Shown: positions 28,386 to 37,375 of the stretch, one piece after another
Numbering within the stretch: the first letter of the stretch is position 1
Layout of the letters: the number at the start of each line of letters is the position of its first letter
From: Candidatus Pacebacteria bacterium GW2011_GWA1_46_10
GTDB lineage: Bacteria > Patescibacteriota > Microgenomatia > UBA1400 > PJMF01
Reading direction: 5' to 3'
Length of the DNA: 64,000 nucleotides
NCBI GenBank assembly: GCA_001002135.1
Contig: LCLP01000001.1
Location: 230,274-294,273 of the forward strand
Notes under the pieces: generated by a model
What the model was told of the DNA's origin: nothing
The model's input: the letters and a program-made list of their open reading frames with translations, nothing else
Databases searched by the model: none
Translations under genes and position numbers: made by a program

Positions 28386-29054
28386 ATGGTTGTGCAGAAT
28401 TATGAGGATGAAGTTGTTCCGTCAAGGAAAATAGAGGTGCCTGTGAGAGGTTTGCCGGATGGAGTCTTTGACCTTAGTGATCCCAGCGACAAAGTTGTCG
28501 GACTGGTTACTGGGGCGCAGATCCTAAGACAAGTAGGACGAATACCTTTTTTAGCTCCTAACACTGACACGGCGATTTATTTGCATACAGAACTAGATGA
28601 GGATAAGGAAAAATTTGGCTTCCTGGTTGAAGTACAAGATGACACAGTGGAGTTTGATATTATTACGAGGATTGGGGGCAAACTGGGGAGAGATTTTTAT
28701 GCCAGAGATTTGATAGTGAGGTCTGTAGCAGATTTTAGAGCACAAGGGGTAAAGATAGATCATTACAAGTCAAAATGGGACAGAATTGAAGAAAACCAAA
28801 AGAGGAGTGTTAATTACGCGACTTTTTTTAAAAAATTAGGCATAGATATCAACAACGCCGTAGAGCAAATAGACGCAGAGCTTAAAGAAAAAGAACAGGC
28901 AGAAGTGAGTAAAGCAGCATTTAGTACCTGGACTGGTGAAATTGCAAAGAGCCTTGGTTTTGGCGAAATTGAGTCATTGAAACCAAGTGCTCATCAAGTG
29001 GAAGTTGTTTTCAAAAAAACAGAGGACGTTGAAATTGTAAAGAAAACAGCTTAG
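28386..29054 (+). CDS. Hypothetical protein
   Basis: Likely start ATG 28386, since the upstream extension overlaps the tspO remnant. Contains an 'AAFSTWTGEIAKSLGF' motif. Confidence 0.65.
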   Translation: MVVQNYEDEVVPSRKIEVPVRGLPDGVFDLSDPSDKVVGLVTGAQILRQVGRIPFLAPNTDTAIYLHTELDEDKEKFGFLVEVQDDTVEFDIITRIGGKLGRDFYARDLIVRSVADFRAQGVKIDHYKSKWDRIEENQKRSVNYATFFKKLGIDINNAVEQIDAELKEKEQAEVSKAAFSTWTGEIAKSLGFGEIESLKPSAHQVEVVFKKTEDVEIVKKTA

Positions 29055-29082
29055 CCGATGCTTATTTTTATAAAATAAAACT

Positions 29083-29520
29083 ATGCCCAAAAAAAAGTTC
29101 CAGGGTTTTTCGGCTGAAGAGCGCACCGCGATGAGGGAGCGGGCTTTGGAACTGAAGGCGGCAGCGCGCCTGGGCAAAAACAAGGCGGTAGGGGAAAAAG
29201 CTTTGCTCGCCAAAATCAATGAGATGCCGGAACCGGATCGTTCAATGGCCCGGCGGCTTCATGTGTTGGTCATGAAAAACGCTCCGACGCTGATGCCCAA
29301 AACTTGGTATGGCATGCCAGCCTATGCTAACCAGGATGGCAAGGTAGTTTGCTTTTTCCAAGCTGCCTCGAAATTCCAAGTGAGATACGCGTTGTTCGGT
29401 TTTAACGACACTGCCAAGCTTGACGAGGGCGCCATGTGGCCGATCTTTTTTGCCTTGAAAAAGTTGACTCAAGCGGAAGAAACAAAAATCGCCGCGCTGG
29501 TGAAAAAAGCAGTTCGTTGA
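29083..29520 (+). CDS. DUF1801 (YdhG-like) protein
   Basis: '[18 protein letters not shown]…FGFND.A.LD.G.MWP'. Confidence 0.85.
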   Translation: MPKKKFQGFSAEERTAMRERALELKAAARLGKNKAVGEKALLAKINEMPEPDRSMARRLHVLVMKNAPTLMPKTWYGMPAYANQDGKVVCFFQAASKFQVRYALFGFNDTAKLDEGAMWPIFFALKKLTQAEETKIAALVKKAVR

Positions 29521-29528
29521 AGCGGTTT

Positions 29529-30104
29529 TTATTCACTCTCAAAAAACAGCGGCAAATTCCCCAACGCGATGATGTGTTGCCACTTGGCTGGGTCGTTGCC
29601 CTCGGTGAAAATGGCAGATTCGGCCACGACCGTCGCCCCAGCTTTTTCCATCACGGTTTTCATGCCTTGTTGGGTGGAGCCGGTGCTGACTACATCATCC
29701 ACCAATAACACCCGTTTGCCATCAATCAAGGCATGATCTTTCTCGTCCAAGAAAAGCGTTTGGGGCTGGTCAGTGGTGATCGAGTTAGTTTCCGCCCAAA
29801 CGGTTTTACCCATGTAAGGCTTGGCTGTTTTTCGCAGCACGACGTACGGCTTGTTGGTTCTCTCGGCCAGCTTGTGAGCCAGTGGAATAGATTTGGCTTC
29901 TGCGGTCACGATTACGTCAAATGCTTCAAGATCGAGTTTATCTGCCAGACCTTCAACGGCCGCATTGACAAACTCCACGTCACCAAGGATGTTCAAGAGG
30001 GCAATTTTTACTCCTGGGGCTACCTCTATTTTTGGTAATTTCCGCTCCACGCCACCGATTGTAACGTCATATGTTTCTCGATTATTTGTTTCTCGATCGC
30101 TCAT
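29529..30104 (-). CDS. Type I phosphoribosyltransferase (adenine PRT-like)
   Basis: PRPP loop 'VLLVDDVVSTGST' and 'EAKSIPLA…RK'. Confidence 0.85.
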   Translation of the reverse strand: MSDRETNNRETYDVTIGGVERKLPKIEVAPGVKIALLNILGDVEFVNAAVEGLADKLDLEAFDVIVTAEAKSIPLAHKLAERTNKPYVVLRKTAKPYMGKTVWAETNSITTDQPQTLFLDEKDHALIDGKRVLLVDDVVSTGSTQQGMKTVMEKAGATVVAESAIFTEGNDPAKWQHIIALGNLPLFFESE

Positions 30105-30229
30105 CACTTCCTTTTGGCAGGCTGAAAAATTACGTACCCAACGACTATATCATAAGAGTTCTCTTGCGGCCAAAAGTGATGGACTGCTTGGTTGTTTCGT
30201 TTTTGTTATTTTAGTATGATGAGGTAACA

Positions 30230-31120
30230 ATGCGCCGTAATTTCTTCTTATGGCTCTCGATCAGCACGTTTTTCATTTTTTTAGTTGGTTTTTTGATTGG
30301 TGTATCGTTTGGCCAACACCCCGATCTTCAAATCAATCGGCTGTTGACACTGATTAACCTTCAACAAGCAGATTCAGTGGAGGATGCCGAGCGACACCTA
30401 TCAGCTTGGAGCAAGAATCTTCAGCAATTCGGCCATTTATTAGACTCACCCTGTGACTCGGAAGTGATTAAGATTGTCAACGATGACCCGCGTTTTACCG
30501 CCTACGGCATGGTGGAACCTAATGGAGATGTCATTTGTACCAGTGAACTCTCAACGACTAATGTTAATTTGGCCGACCGGCCGTATTTCCAACAAGCGCT
30601 GGAAACCAAACAGCTGAGTATGAGCGGTTTTCAGGTCGGCCGGTTTACTGGTAAAAGCGTGATCGCCTATGCTCTGCCGGTACTCAACACTCAGGGAGAA
30701 GTGACCCAGGTGGCTTTCATCGGTATTGATTTAGCTTGGGTGAACCGACTATTCAACAACTTTAAACTGCCAAGCGGGATGGAGGTAGTGATGACTGATG
30801 CCAATGGGGTGATCGAACTGTATTATCCGACCGATGACACCAAGATCGGCCAGTCAGTGTTCGACCCCAAGATCTTTAGCATCGTGTTGTCTCAACAAAC
30901 GGGCAAAATCAGCGCCAAGGGGGTGGATGGTGTGACGAGAATGTATTACTACGGACCGATTTACCTGGATAAAGATGAGGAAGCAGACGCCTTTCTGCTG
31001 GTTGGTTTGCCTCGCCGGCCCATCATCGACTTTTCACCAATTATGCCGGTCATCTTGTTTGGCAGTGGGTTGGTCTTGATTGTTGTCCAATTCAAACTCC
31101 TCAGGAGGTTTGCTCATTAA
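30230..31120 (+). CDS. Stand-alone dCache sensor domain flanked by TM helices
   Basis: 'NLADRPYFQQA…GRFTGK…PV…GIDL…DANG' double PDC pattern. No cytoplasmic output domain. Confidence 0.8.
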   Translation: MRRNFFLWLSISTFFIFLVGFLIGVSFGQHPDLQINRLLTLINLQQADSVEDAERHLSAWSKNLQQFGHLLDSPCDSEVIKIVNDDPRFTAYGMVEPNGDVICTSELSTTNVNLADRPYFQQALETKQLSMSGFQVGRFTGKSVIAYALPVLNTQGEVTQVAFIGIDLAWVNRLFNNFKLPSGMEVVMTDANGVIELYYPTDDTKIGQSVFDPKIFSIVLSQQTGKISAKGVDGVTRMYYYGPIYLDKDEEADAFLLVGLPRRPIIDFSPIMPVILFGSGLVLIVVQFKLLRRFAH

Positions 31121-31138
31121 TCAAACAACCAGGTGATC

Positions 31139-31288
31139 TTAGAGTAAGAGCAAAACCAGAAAGAGTGCGACGAAGCTAAGGGTGATAATGACGTAATCGT
31201 AGATGACCCCCAACTGCTGTCGTTTCCTCAGTCGGATTAGTATGTAAACAAGAACGATGGCCGCGACCGCAGTCAACAACTGTGTCAT
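31139..31288 (-). CDS. Small two-TM membrane protein (49 aa, not in the ORF track)
   Basis: MTQLLTAVAAIVLVYILIRLRKRQQLGVIYDYVIITLSFVALFLVLLLL*, starting 7 nt downstream of the cohesin gene. Confidence 0.5.
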   Translation of the reverse strand: MTQLLTAVAAIVLVYILIRLRKRQQLGVIYDYVIITLSFVALFLVLLLL

Positions 31289-31295
31289 CTTAATT

Positions 31296-32369
31296 TTAGC
31301 GCGTGAAAATACTTACTACTGAGTCAAGTACCGACAAAATAAAGTGATCAACAACACTCATAAAAGAGACAAATCCTTGACCGATTGTTGTCCAAAAAGA
31401 GGCAGGTGTTTGCGCCTCGTTTTCGGTTGCGCTGATAGATTTACCCAAGACCTTGGTCTGATCGGAAAAATCGAGTTTAGTGCCAGGATTAGTGAGAGTG
31501 TCTTTTCCTAAAACGCTGGCATCGATTTCCTCTGTTACCACTGGGACTTCAATCTCTTCAAGAGCCGAGGCTCTCTCAGGCATAATCAGGTAGTTCACGG
31601 AGGCAAATTCTTTGAGCACATTGGTGCCTCGGCCGTCGTTGGCCAAGACAATCGAACTGGGTAAAAATTCAACTTGAGTAGGGCCAGGTTTTTGGGTCTG
31701 AAAATAGACTGTGGCAAACTTGCCGGCTGGTTGAGTAAAACCAGGGTTTGGCAAACCGCCACTCAAACGTAGGTACCCAATGGTATTATTGACTTCCTCT
31801 TGAATAAAAATGGTGGCAAAAGAATCGGTTTTGTCAATTTTGACTACTTTTAAAAATTCAGGATCATATGAGAGATCCATTTGAATGGCGTTGATGGCGG
31901 TTTGAACGCCCGTCACCTCCAAGTTAAGCGGGAAAACCTCACCGAGTTTATGTTGTTTGTCGTTGGGGATCAGGACAGAGACGGTTTTTTTGGTCAGGGT
32001 GGTCGAGACCCCAAATTGATTGAGGACTGCCACTTCGACCGCCACCAGGCCTATCGAGGTGAGGGCTAAGATTGCTAAAGTGGCGGTGTTAAGTAGCAGT
32101 GAACGCAGACTACTGGGAGTGCGGTCATGGCGGTGGCTGATTTCTCGCTGGCAAAACTCACACCGCTGGCCTGGTTTGCCTGCCCGGCAAGCTAGGCAGA
32201 GCACTCGCTTGGGGGCAATGAGCCAAGCGATCGGGTAGCCGACAGCCACAAATACGCCGAACAAGGCGAAAAGATGAGCAGCTATCCAAGAAAAGACAAT
32301 AAATGTTCCTAGTTTGATCAGTGACCAAACCCCTTGGGTAGTTGATTTGATAAGGCGCAAGAATGACAT
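31296..32369 (-). CDS. Membrane-anchored cohesin-domain protein
   Basis: N-terminal TMs with two CxxC. Cohesin-like 'INAIQMDLSYDP…GGLPNPGF…FATVYF'. Confidence 0.8.
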   Translation of the reverse strand: MSFLRLIKSTTQGVWSLIKLGTFIVFSWIAAHLFALFGVFVAVGYPIAWLIAPKRVLCLACRAGKPGQRCEFCQREISHRHDRTPSSLRSLLLNTATLAILALTSIGLVAVEVAVLNQFGVSTTLTKKTVSVLIPNDKQHKLGEVFPLNLEVTGVQTAINAIQMDLSYDPEFLKVVKIDKTDSFATIFIQEEVNNTIGYLRLSGGLPNPGFTQPAGKFATVYFQTQKPGPTQVEFLPSSIVLANDGRGTNVLKEFASVNYLIMPERASALEEIEVPVVTEEIDASVLGKDTLTNPGTKLDFSDQTKVLGKSISATENEAQTPASFWTTIGQGFVSFMSVVDHFILSVLDSVVSIFTR

Positions 32370-32376
32370 AGTTTGC

Positions 32377-32962
32377 TCACTTTACATGATATAGCAAGAC
32401 GGATAAATCTACCAGATCACATGTATCATCCAGGTTGATGTCACAAACTTTTGTGTCCACTGATTTTGTTTGATCAGCGGTGGTCTGAGTCATAAAGTTT
32501 ACCCAAGTGGCAACCCAGTTGCCAACCGCAGTGCTCACCTCGCCGGCGGAGATGCGGCCGTCCTGGTTGTCGTCAAAGAAAGCGACCGTGGTGGGCAGTA
32601 GTGGAGTGGCCGTGACTATCTGCTGAGTAACGGTGGGCACCACAATGACACTAGGGGTAGTGGCGGTGCTGGTGGTACTGGTGGTATTTGAGGTACTACT
32701 GGTGGTAGTAGTTGAAGTGGGGGTGGGGGTAGGAGTAGGGGTGGGTGCTACGCCGTAACAGTCACTCTCATCAAACTCACAGGTGGTCGGATTGGCATTA
32801 CACTTCAAATCACCAGCAAAGTACCCCTGGGAGCGGCAGGGGGCACCATTCAAACGCCAGATCACCACAGACACTAATTCGTACTGTGGCCGTGACATCC
32901 TGAGCAGCCGCCGACACGGGGAGGGCTGAAAAAAGCAGCAAAAGGGCAGCCAAAATTATCAT
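32377..32962 (-). pseudogene. Secreted Cys-rich/PT-linker/dockerin protein, frameshifted near 32850
   Basis: ATG 32962 (overlapping the upstream stop) gives signal peptide + 'QDVTATVRISVCGDLA'. The remainder ('LNGAPC…', dockerin-like 'DDNQDGRI…DINLDDTCDLVD') is in another frame. Confidence 0.65.
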
Positions 32963-33603
32963 TTTTCATTGTCTGGTTTATCGGTTACCGACGGTTTTTG
33001 CTTGAGACTAACATTCAAGGAAATGAAGTTACGCGCCAGCCGCAGCAGCACTAAGATCCCCGCCGCGCCGATGATGATTGGCGGCCAGGGTTGATATTGA
33101 TTCCAGAGGGAAAGGCCGCGGTAGTAAAGGCCTTGCAGGACACTGGCTGGCGCCACCGTGAAATACAACTTGCTGGCTGCTGCCACGCCAATCGTCGCGC
33201 CCTCAGGGTTGTTGACGGTGGCGGTGGGCCTGGCTTCTAGATAAGCAAAGTAATCGCCTGGCACAGTCTTGATGGGCAAGGTGAGCATCACCTCAACAAT
33301 CTTTGCTTCGCCGGGCTCCAGGTTAAAGTTGGCCGGTTGAAAGGTAAACCAGGCACGATCAGGGCGCATTGCTGGTTGTTGTTCGTGATAGGTAACATCC
33401 AGGATGTATTCGCCGCCCTCGTCGCCGGTATTAACGACGGTCACTGACGGTAGTTGATAGAGAGTGCCAGGCTTGAGTGACTCGTCTAGCTGGATTTTGC
33501 CGGTACCTACTCCCACGCCGATTCTAGCTTGAATCAAAGGGGTAAAAATTAGGGAAAGAAAGGAGAACAGAACAACAAAAGAAAACAAAAGGTATGACTT
33601 CAT
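32959..33603 (-). CDS. DUF916/PapD-like Ig-fold membrane-anchored protein
   Basis: Signal peptide, 'LKPG…VVNTGD…W….LEPGE..V…LP….PGDY', C-terminal TM. Confidence 0.65.
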   Translation of the reverse strand: MKSYLLFSFVVLFSFLSLIFTPLIQARIGVGVGTGKIQLDESLKPGTLYQLPSVTVVNTGDEGGEYILDVTYHEQQPAMRPDRAWFTFQPANFNLEPGEAKIVEVMLTLPIKTVPGDYFAYLEARPTATVNNPEGATIGVAAASKLYFTVAPASVLQGLYYRGLSLWNQYQPWPPIIIGAAGILVLLRLARNFISLNVSLKQKPSVTDKPDNEK

Positions 33604-33669
33604 GGCCTCGACTTTATCACCTGGTGGTAACAAACGCAAGTTATGCTGAAACATCCAGCTTCCAGTCTT

Positions 33670-34194
33670 TTATGAAGCTGAAGCTTGGACAGTGACGGTC
33701 AATGATTCTTGAGCAGTTTGAGTGGTGGCGGTTGGAGCCAGAAACTGCAGATCAAAGACTTGGGTACCAGAGGTAGCGACGCTCGCAGCCAAAGTTTGAT
33801 TACTGGTAGTCAAGGCTGTCCAAGTGGGAGTGGTATCACAAGTGGTGATACAAAACTTGTGAGCATATTGTTCACTGCCGGCTGTCGCGGCCAGCGTCCA
33901 GCTAGTAGAGTCAGCGCCCCGAATATTGAGGTCTTCGGTCACATTACCATCATTGGTGGCAGTTTGACTGTCGTTTACTCCATTGGAAGTTGTATCAGCG
34001 TTACCACTGGTGCTCACCGTGGTGTAGGCGACCGATCCGTCAGTCACCGCGACCGAAACGTTTTGAATCGTGACTGTGGCGGTAACGTTGGCGGAACTGG
34101 CAGCGGAGGCTAAAGGAGAGAAGGCCAGTGCCGCTATCATTAGACTGAGGATGGCTTCTGACCAGGAAAACGTAAACAAGCGAGTAAGTCTCAT
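33670..34194 (-). CDS. Secreted beta-rich WxL/pilin-like subunit
   Basis: Signal peptide ending ASA, S/T-rich beta strands, 'SWTL', strong AAAGGAG SD. Confidence 0.65.
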   Translation of the reverse strand: MRLTRLFTFSWSEAILSLMIAALAFSPLASAASSANVTATVTIQNVSVAVTDGSVAYTTVSTSGNADTTSNGVNDSQTATNDGNVTEDLNIRGADSTSWTLAATAGSEQYAHKFCITTCDTTPTWTALTTSNQTLAASVATSGTQVFDLQFLAPTATTQTAQESLTVTVQASAS

Positions 34195-34308
34195 ATTTCT
34201 CCTTTAACTGATGTTACCGATAAATACAGTGTATAGCGTAACAAGTTAAAAAAGTTGAAACAATAGCACTTAATATATCAAAGTGAGTAAATTCAAGTAC
34301 CAGGCCAG

Positions 34309-35391
34309 TTAAGGAGTTGAAGCCACTATAGTGACAGTCGTACTTTGTTGAGAAAGGGAGGCGGTGCTGGTGGGAGTAGTCAGTCTTAAAGACAAGTTTC
34401 TGGTGGCGCCTTGAGAGACATTCGTATCAAAAGTATACAGTGTATCCGCGGCCGCAAACGTGGTCCAGCCAGTGCCGTCGTTATTGGAAAACTCCCACAA
34501 GACCTGGTCAGCCCCATTGGCGGTATTGAGAGTCCAGGTGACACTACCATCTGAGAAAGTAGTGGATCTCACATCTAGGTTGGCCGGCCCGGTATCCACC
34601 GAAACTGTTTCTGGATCATTCAGCCCACTACTCGTAGTATCTTGGGTAGTGTTCGGTGCCTGGTAGCCAAAGGCCACCGCGCCGTCTGTACTCAGGGAAA
34701 TACTGACAGCGGGAGGAGGGGTGTAAGTAATGGTCAGGCTCACAGTGTCATGTCTCACGGTGACCGCAGCGTTGTTGTTATTGCCGGTGGCCAGGTCATT
34801 ACTGATTCTAAATAAAACAGTGCTGCTTGAAGCCTGAAGATTAGCAGGTACGCTGACGGCGGTACCGGTTTTTTGCGCCCAGTTGCTGGTAGCCGAGAAG
34901 CTTGTTCCGGATGAAAAAGTGCCAATTAAAGTTTCGCTACTATCACGGAAAGTAAAGGGACCGACCGTGCCGGCCGCGCCAGTGGCATATTCTGATACCC
35001 GCCAATAATAACTGTTACCGGTGCCCGAGCCGACCTCAGTCACGGTACTGTTAGCCGGGATGCCAAACAAACTTTCCCAAGTCCCACTAATGTCTCGCCG
35101 CCGGTCAGTGTTAGTTTTGTTTTTACCACTGATACGAAGTTGGAGCGACCCGTTGCTTGGACTCCCATCGGCTGATTGCCACGAGTCAGTGGTGTTATTA
35201 GCCCCTGCGGGATAGGTAAAAGCCCAACTCTCTGTATCACTATCAAAAGTCCAGGTTTTAGTGGCAGTATCTGCGTTGACTGTTGAGATGAGATGGAGAA
35301 ATTTCAGTTTTTGTGAAAAGGGGAATAAACCACTGAAAAGCCAGCCTAGCAGTAAACAAACAAAGCTTGTTTTGGCCAATAGTTTACGCAT
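34309..35391 (-). CDS. Secreted two-domain protein: lectin-like N-domain plus a C-domain paralogous to 33670-34194
   Basis: The C-terminal ~135 aa align by eye with the 174-aa neighbour (TDG.VA…DTTS.G.ND…WTL…WT…L.L..PT.T….TVT). Confidence 0.65.
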   Translation of the reverse strand: MRKLLAKTSFVCLLLGWLFSGLFPFSQKLKFLHLISTVNADTATKTWTFDSDTESWAFTYPAGANNTTDSWQSADGSPSNGSLQLRISGKNKTNTDRRRDISGTWESLFGIPANSTVTEVGSGTGNSYYWRVSEYATGAAGTVGPFTFRDSSETLIGTFSSGTSFSATSNWAQKTGTAVSVPANLQASSSTVLFRISNDLATGNNNNAAVTVRHDTVSLTITYTPPPAVSISLSTDGAVAFGYQAPNTTQDTTSSGLNDPETVSVDTGPANLDVRSTTFSDGSVTWTLNTANGADQVLWEFSNNDGTGWTTFAAADTLYTFDTNVSQGATRNLSLRLTTPTSTASLSQQSTTVTIVASTP

Positions 35392-35508
35392 GCTTGTGGC
35401 TGATTATAACGGCAATCACCCTCGCGGTCAGCAGCTTGCTTTTACCATTAAATTTACTCTATGATGAGTATCAGTAGTGGTGTATCAATTATTTGCTAAG
35501 GAGAAAAC

Positions 35509-35988
35509 ATGGCAAAACCCACAAAGACAACCACTGTCTCGACCGCCGCCAGTTTGGGTCAGCTCGAGAAAGTGTTGGAAGAGTATCTGGTGAAGAAAGC
35601 ACCCGCCCTGCCGACCAATCTCAAGGAGTTATTAGTGAAGTTCGCCCCGTATCTGGCCATTATCGGGGTGGTCCTGTCGGTACCAGCTTTATTTACGGCC
35701 TTGAGCGCCGGCGCTTGGCTTTCTCGTAATTATTACTGGGCCATGACCGGTGCCACACTCGGCTGGCAGTATTACTTGGCACTGGCTTTAAGTGCCGTCA
35801 CCGTGGCGCTGGAAGCCTTCGCTATTCCAGGACTCTTCGGTCGAAAAATGAGCGCTTGGAAGCTCTTGTTTTACGCCGTGCTGGTCAACACCGTGTACTC
35901 ACTGGTGTATTTCAACCTGGCGGGTTTAATTCTGGGCACGCTCTTGAGCCTGTACCTGTTGTTTCAAGTCAGATCCTACTATCACTAG
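35509..35988 (+). CDS. Hypothetical membrane protein
   Basis: AAGGAG SD and four hydrophobic segments. Confidence 0.75.
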   Translation: MAKPTKTTTVSTAASLGQLEKVLEEYLVKKAPALPTNLKELLVKFAPYLAIIGVVLSVPALFTALSAGAWLSRNYYWAMTGATLGWQYYLALALSAVTVALEAFAIPGLFGRKMSAWKLLFYAVLVNTVYSLVYFNLAGLILGTLLSLYLLFQVRSYYH

Positions 35989-36155
35989 GCTCACCCTAAA
36001 ATTGAGCTAGTTTGATATAGTTTAACCGATTGAGTGTGTTGGTGGTGTTTGTTACACTTTGTGTATCATGTTCGCGTGTAGAATTAATTGCCAAATGAAC
36101 AGGTAAACCAGCCAGGATGGCTGGTTTTTTAATTTTTGGCAAGCAAAGGAGAATA

Positions 36156-37031
36156 ATGAAAAAAATTATCAGGAAAAGTGTGGCGCTTTTGGTGGCCGCG
36201 CTCGGTGTGGTGTTTTTGGCTGCCGGTCGAATCCAAGCAGTCGACACTTATTTCAACGGTTTTGAAGTCGATACCGACGGCTGGTTGAGTAACGGGGGCA
36301 CAATCACCAGAGTGGCCAGTGGTACTAATAGTATTACTTCAGCTGATGGCGACTGGCACGCTGAAGCGCTGATTGGCGATGACTTCGACGGTGTCTTCAC
36401 TCGCTGGGGCGGGTACGAAAGTGCCTTTCCAGCTAACGGGTATGTCACTGAGCTTGATATTTATTTGGATATGGCTTTAAACACTGTGGTGGGAACCGAT
36501 CTGCGATTTGACTACTCATCGGCGATTAATGATCCCACCGGCACACACCGCCGAGACTTTATTTTTAGTGTCGGGACGGATCCAACTACCACTGGCCAGT
36601 TTGTGATGAGTGCCAGCAACAACGCGCCGGGGTGGCCAGCCAACCCAGGCAGAGATCCGTTTGTCATTGATACCACTGGTTGGTACACCTTCCGGCATAC
36701 TTTCCAGGATAATGGCGCTGGGGTATTAGCAGTAGTGATGGAGGTATTGGACAGCAGCGGCACAGTGCTGCACAGCTGGACCTTATCTGATCCGTCGGAT
36801 GTGATTGGTACCACGGTCGGTGGCAACCGCTATGGTTGGTTTGTGACCAGCGACTTTAGTTTCCTGGCGGTTGACAACTCCGAGAAAAATAATCTCGCAG
36901 GGCCAGTGCTCACTAAGGCTGAGCTGCTGATGGATAGCGGGATTACCGGCAAAGGGCTGGAAACCGCGCCGGGGCTGATGAAGCCGTTTAACCCAAATTC
37001 AAAGGCAGCTGACAACGCCGGCAAGAAATAA
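36156..37031 (+). CDS. Secreted beta-sandwich protein
   Basis: AAGGAG SD, signal peptide MKKIIRK…IQA, terminator downstream. Confidence 0.75.
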   Translation: MKKIIRKSVALLVAALGVVFLAAGRIQAVDTYFNGFEVDTDGWLSNGGTITRVASGTNSITSADGDWHAEALIGDDFDGVFTRWGGYESAFPANGYVTELDIYLDMALNTVVGTDLRFDYSSAINDPTGTHRRDFIFSVGTDPTTTGQFVMSASNNAPGWPANPGRDPFVIDTTGWYTFRHTFQDNGAGVLAVVMEVLDSSGTVLHSWTLSDPSDVIGTTVGGNRYGWFVTSDFSFLAVDNSEKNNLAGPVLTKAELLMDSGITGKGLETAPGLMKPFNPNSKAADNAGKK

Positions 37032-37057
37032 TAAATTGTTAACTTCTGTGAAGTGAG

Positions 37058-37089
37058 TGACGCTCCGCCGCGGCGGAGCGTCATTTTTT
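37058..37089 (+). terminator. Rho-independent terminator
   Basis: TGACGCTCCGC…GCGGAGCGTCA followed by a T-run. Confidence 0.85.
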
Positions 37090-37092
37090 ACC

Positions 37093-37120
37093 CTGTAAGA
37101 ATTTTTTACCTTGTGCGTCT
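37093..37120 (+). promoter_or_regulatory. Putative ECF sigma promoter (autoregulatory)
   Basis: CTGTAAGAATT-N12-CGTC upstream of the ECF operon, repeated at 42540. Confidence 0.65.
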
Positions 37121-37177
37121 CTAAGTCAGCGGTATTTTTTCCTTTAACTACCTCTTATAAATAAAAGAAAGGAAACG

Positions 37178-37360
37178 ATGAACGCCAACTATAACCGGGA
37201 CTATTTAAGGGAACACCCTCGTCACGTGATGGCTGATTTTGAGCGGTTGGAGGCGGAATTGAGGAGTATCAGCGCCGTCACTGATGACAGTGAGCAAATA
37301 AACGACGCCGGAGTGTACGGGTGGAGGGGGAACGGCGAAGATGACGATAATGAGGAGTAG
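37178..37360 (+). CDS. Small acidic hypothetical protein
   Basis: AAGGA SD, first gene of the ECF operon. Confidence 0.55.
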   Translation: MNANYNRDYLREHPRHVMADFERLEAELRSISAVTDDSEQINDAGVYGWRGNGEDDDNEE

Positions 37361-37375
37361 TACAATGAGATCGGC

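Noticed and set aside
32650-32750. GGT/GGGGT-rich low-complexity tract as a non-coding repeat
   Set aside because: It is explained by the PT/T-rich linker codons of the dockerin protein.
36098-36145. c-di-GMP-I riboswitch
   Set aside because: GGTAAACC plus a hairpin resembles the first stem, but the GNRA loop, GCAAA segment and second stem are absent.
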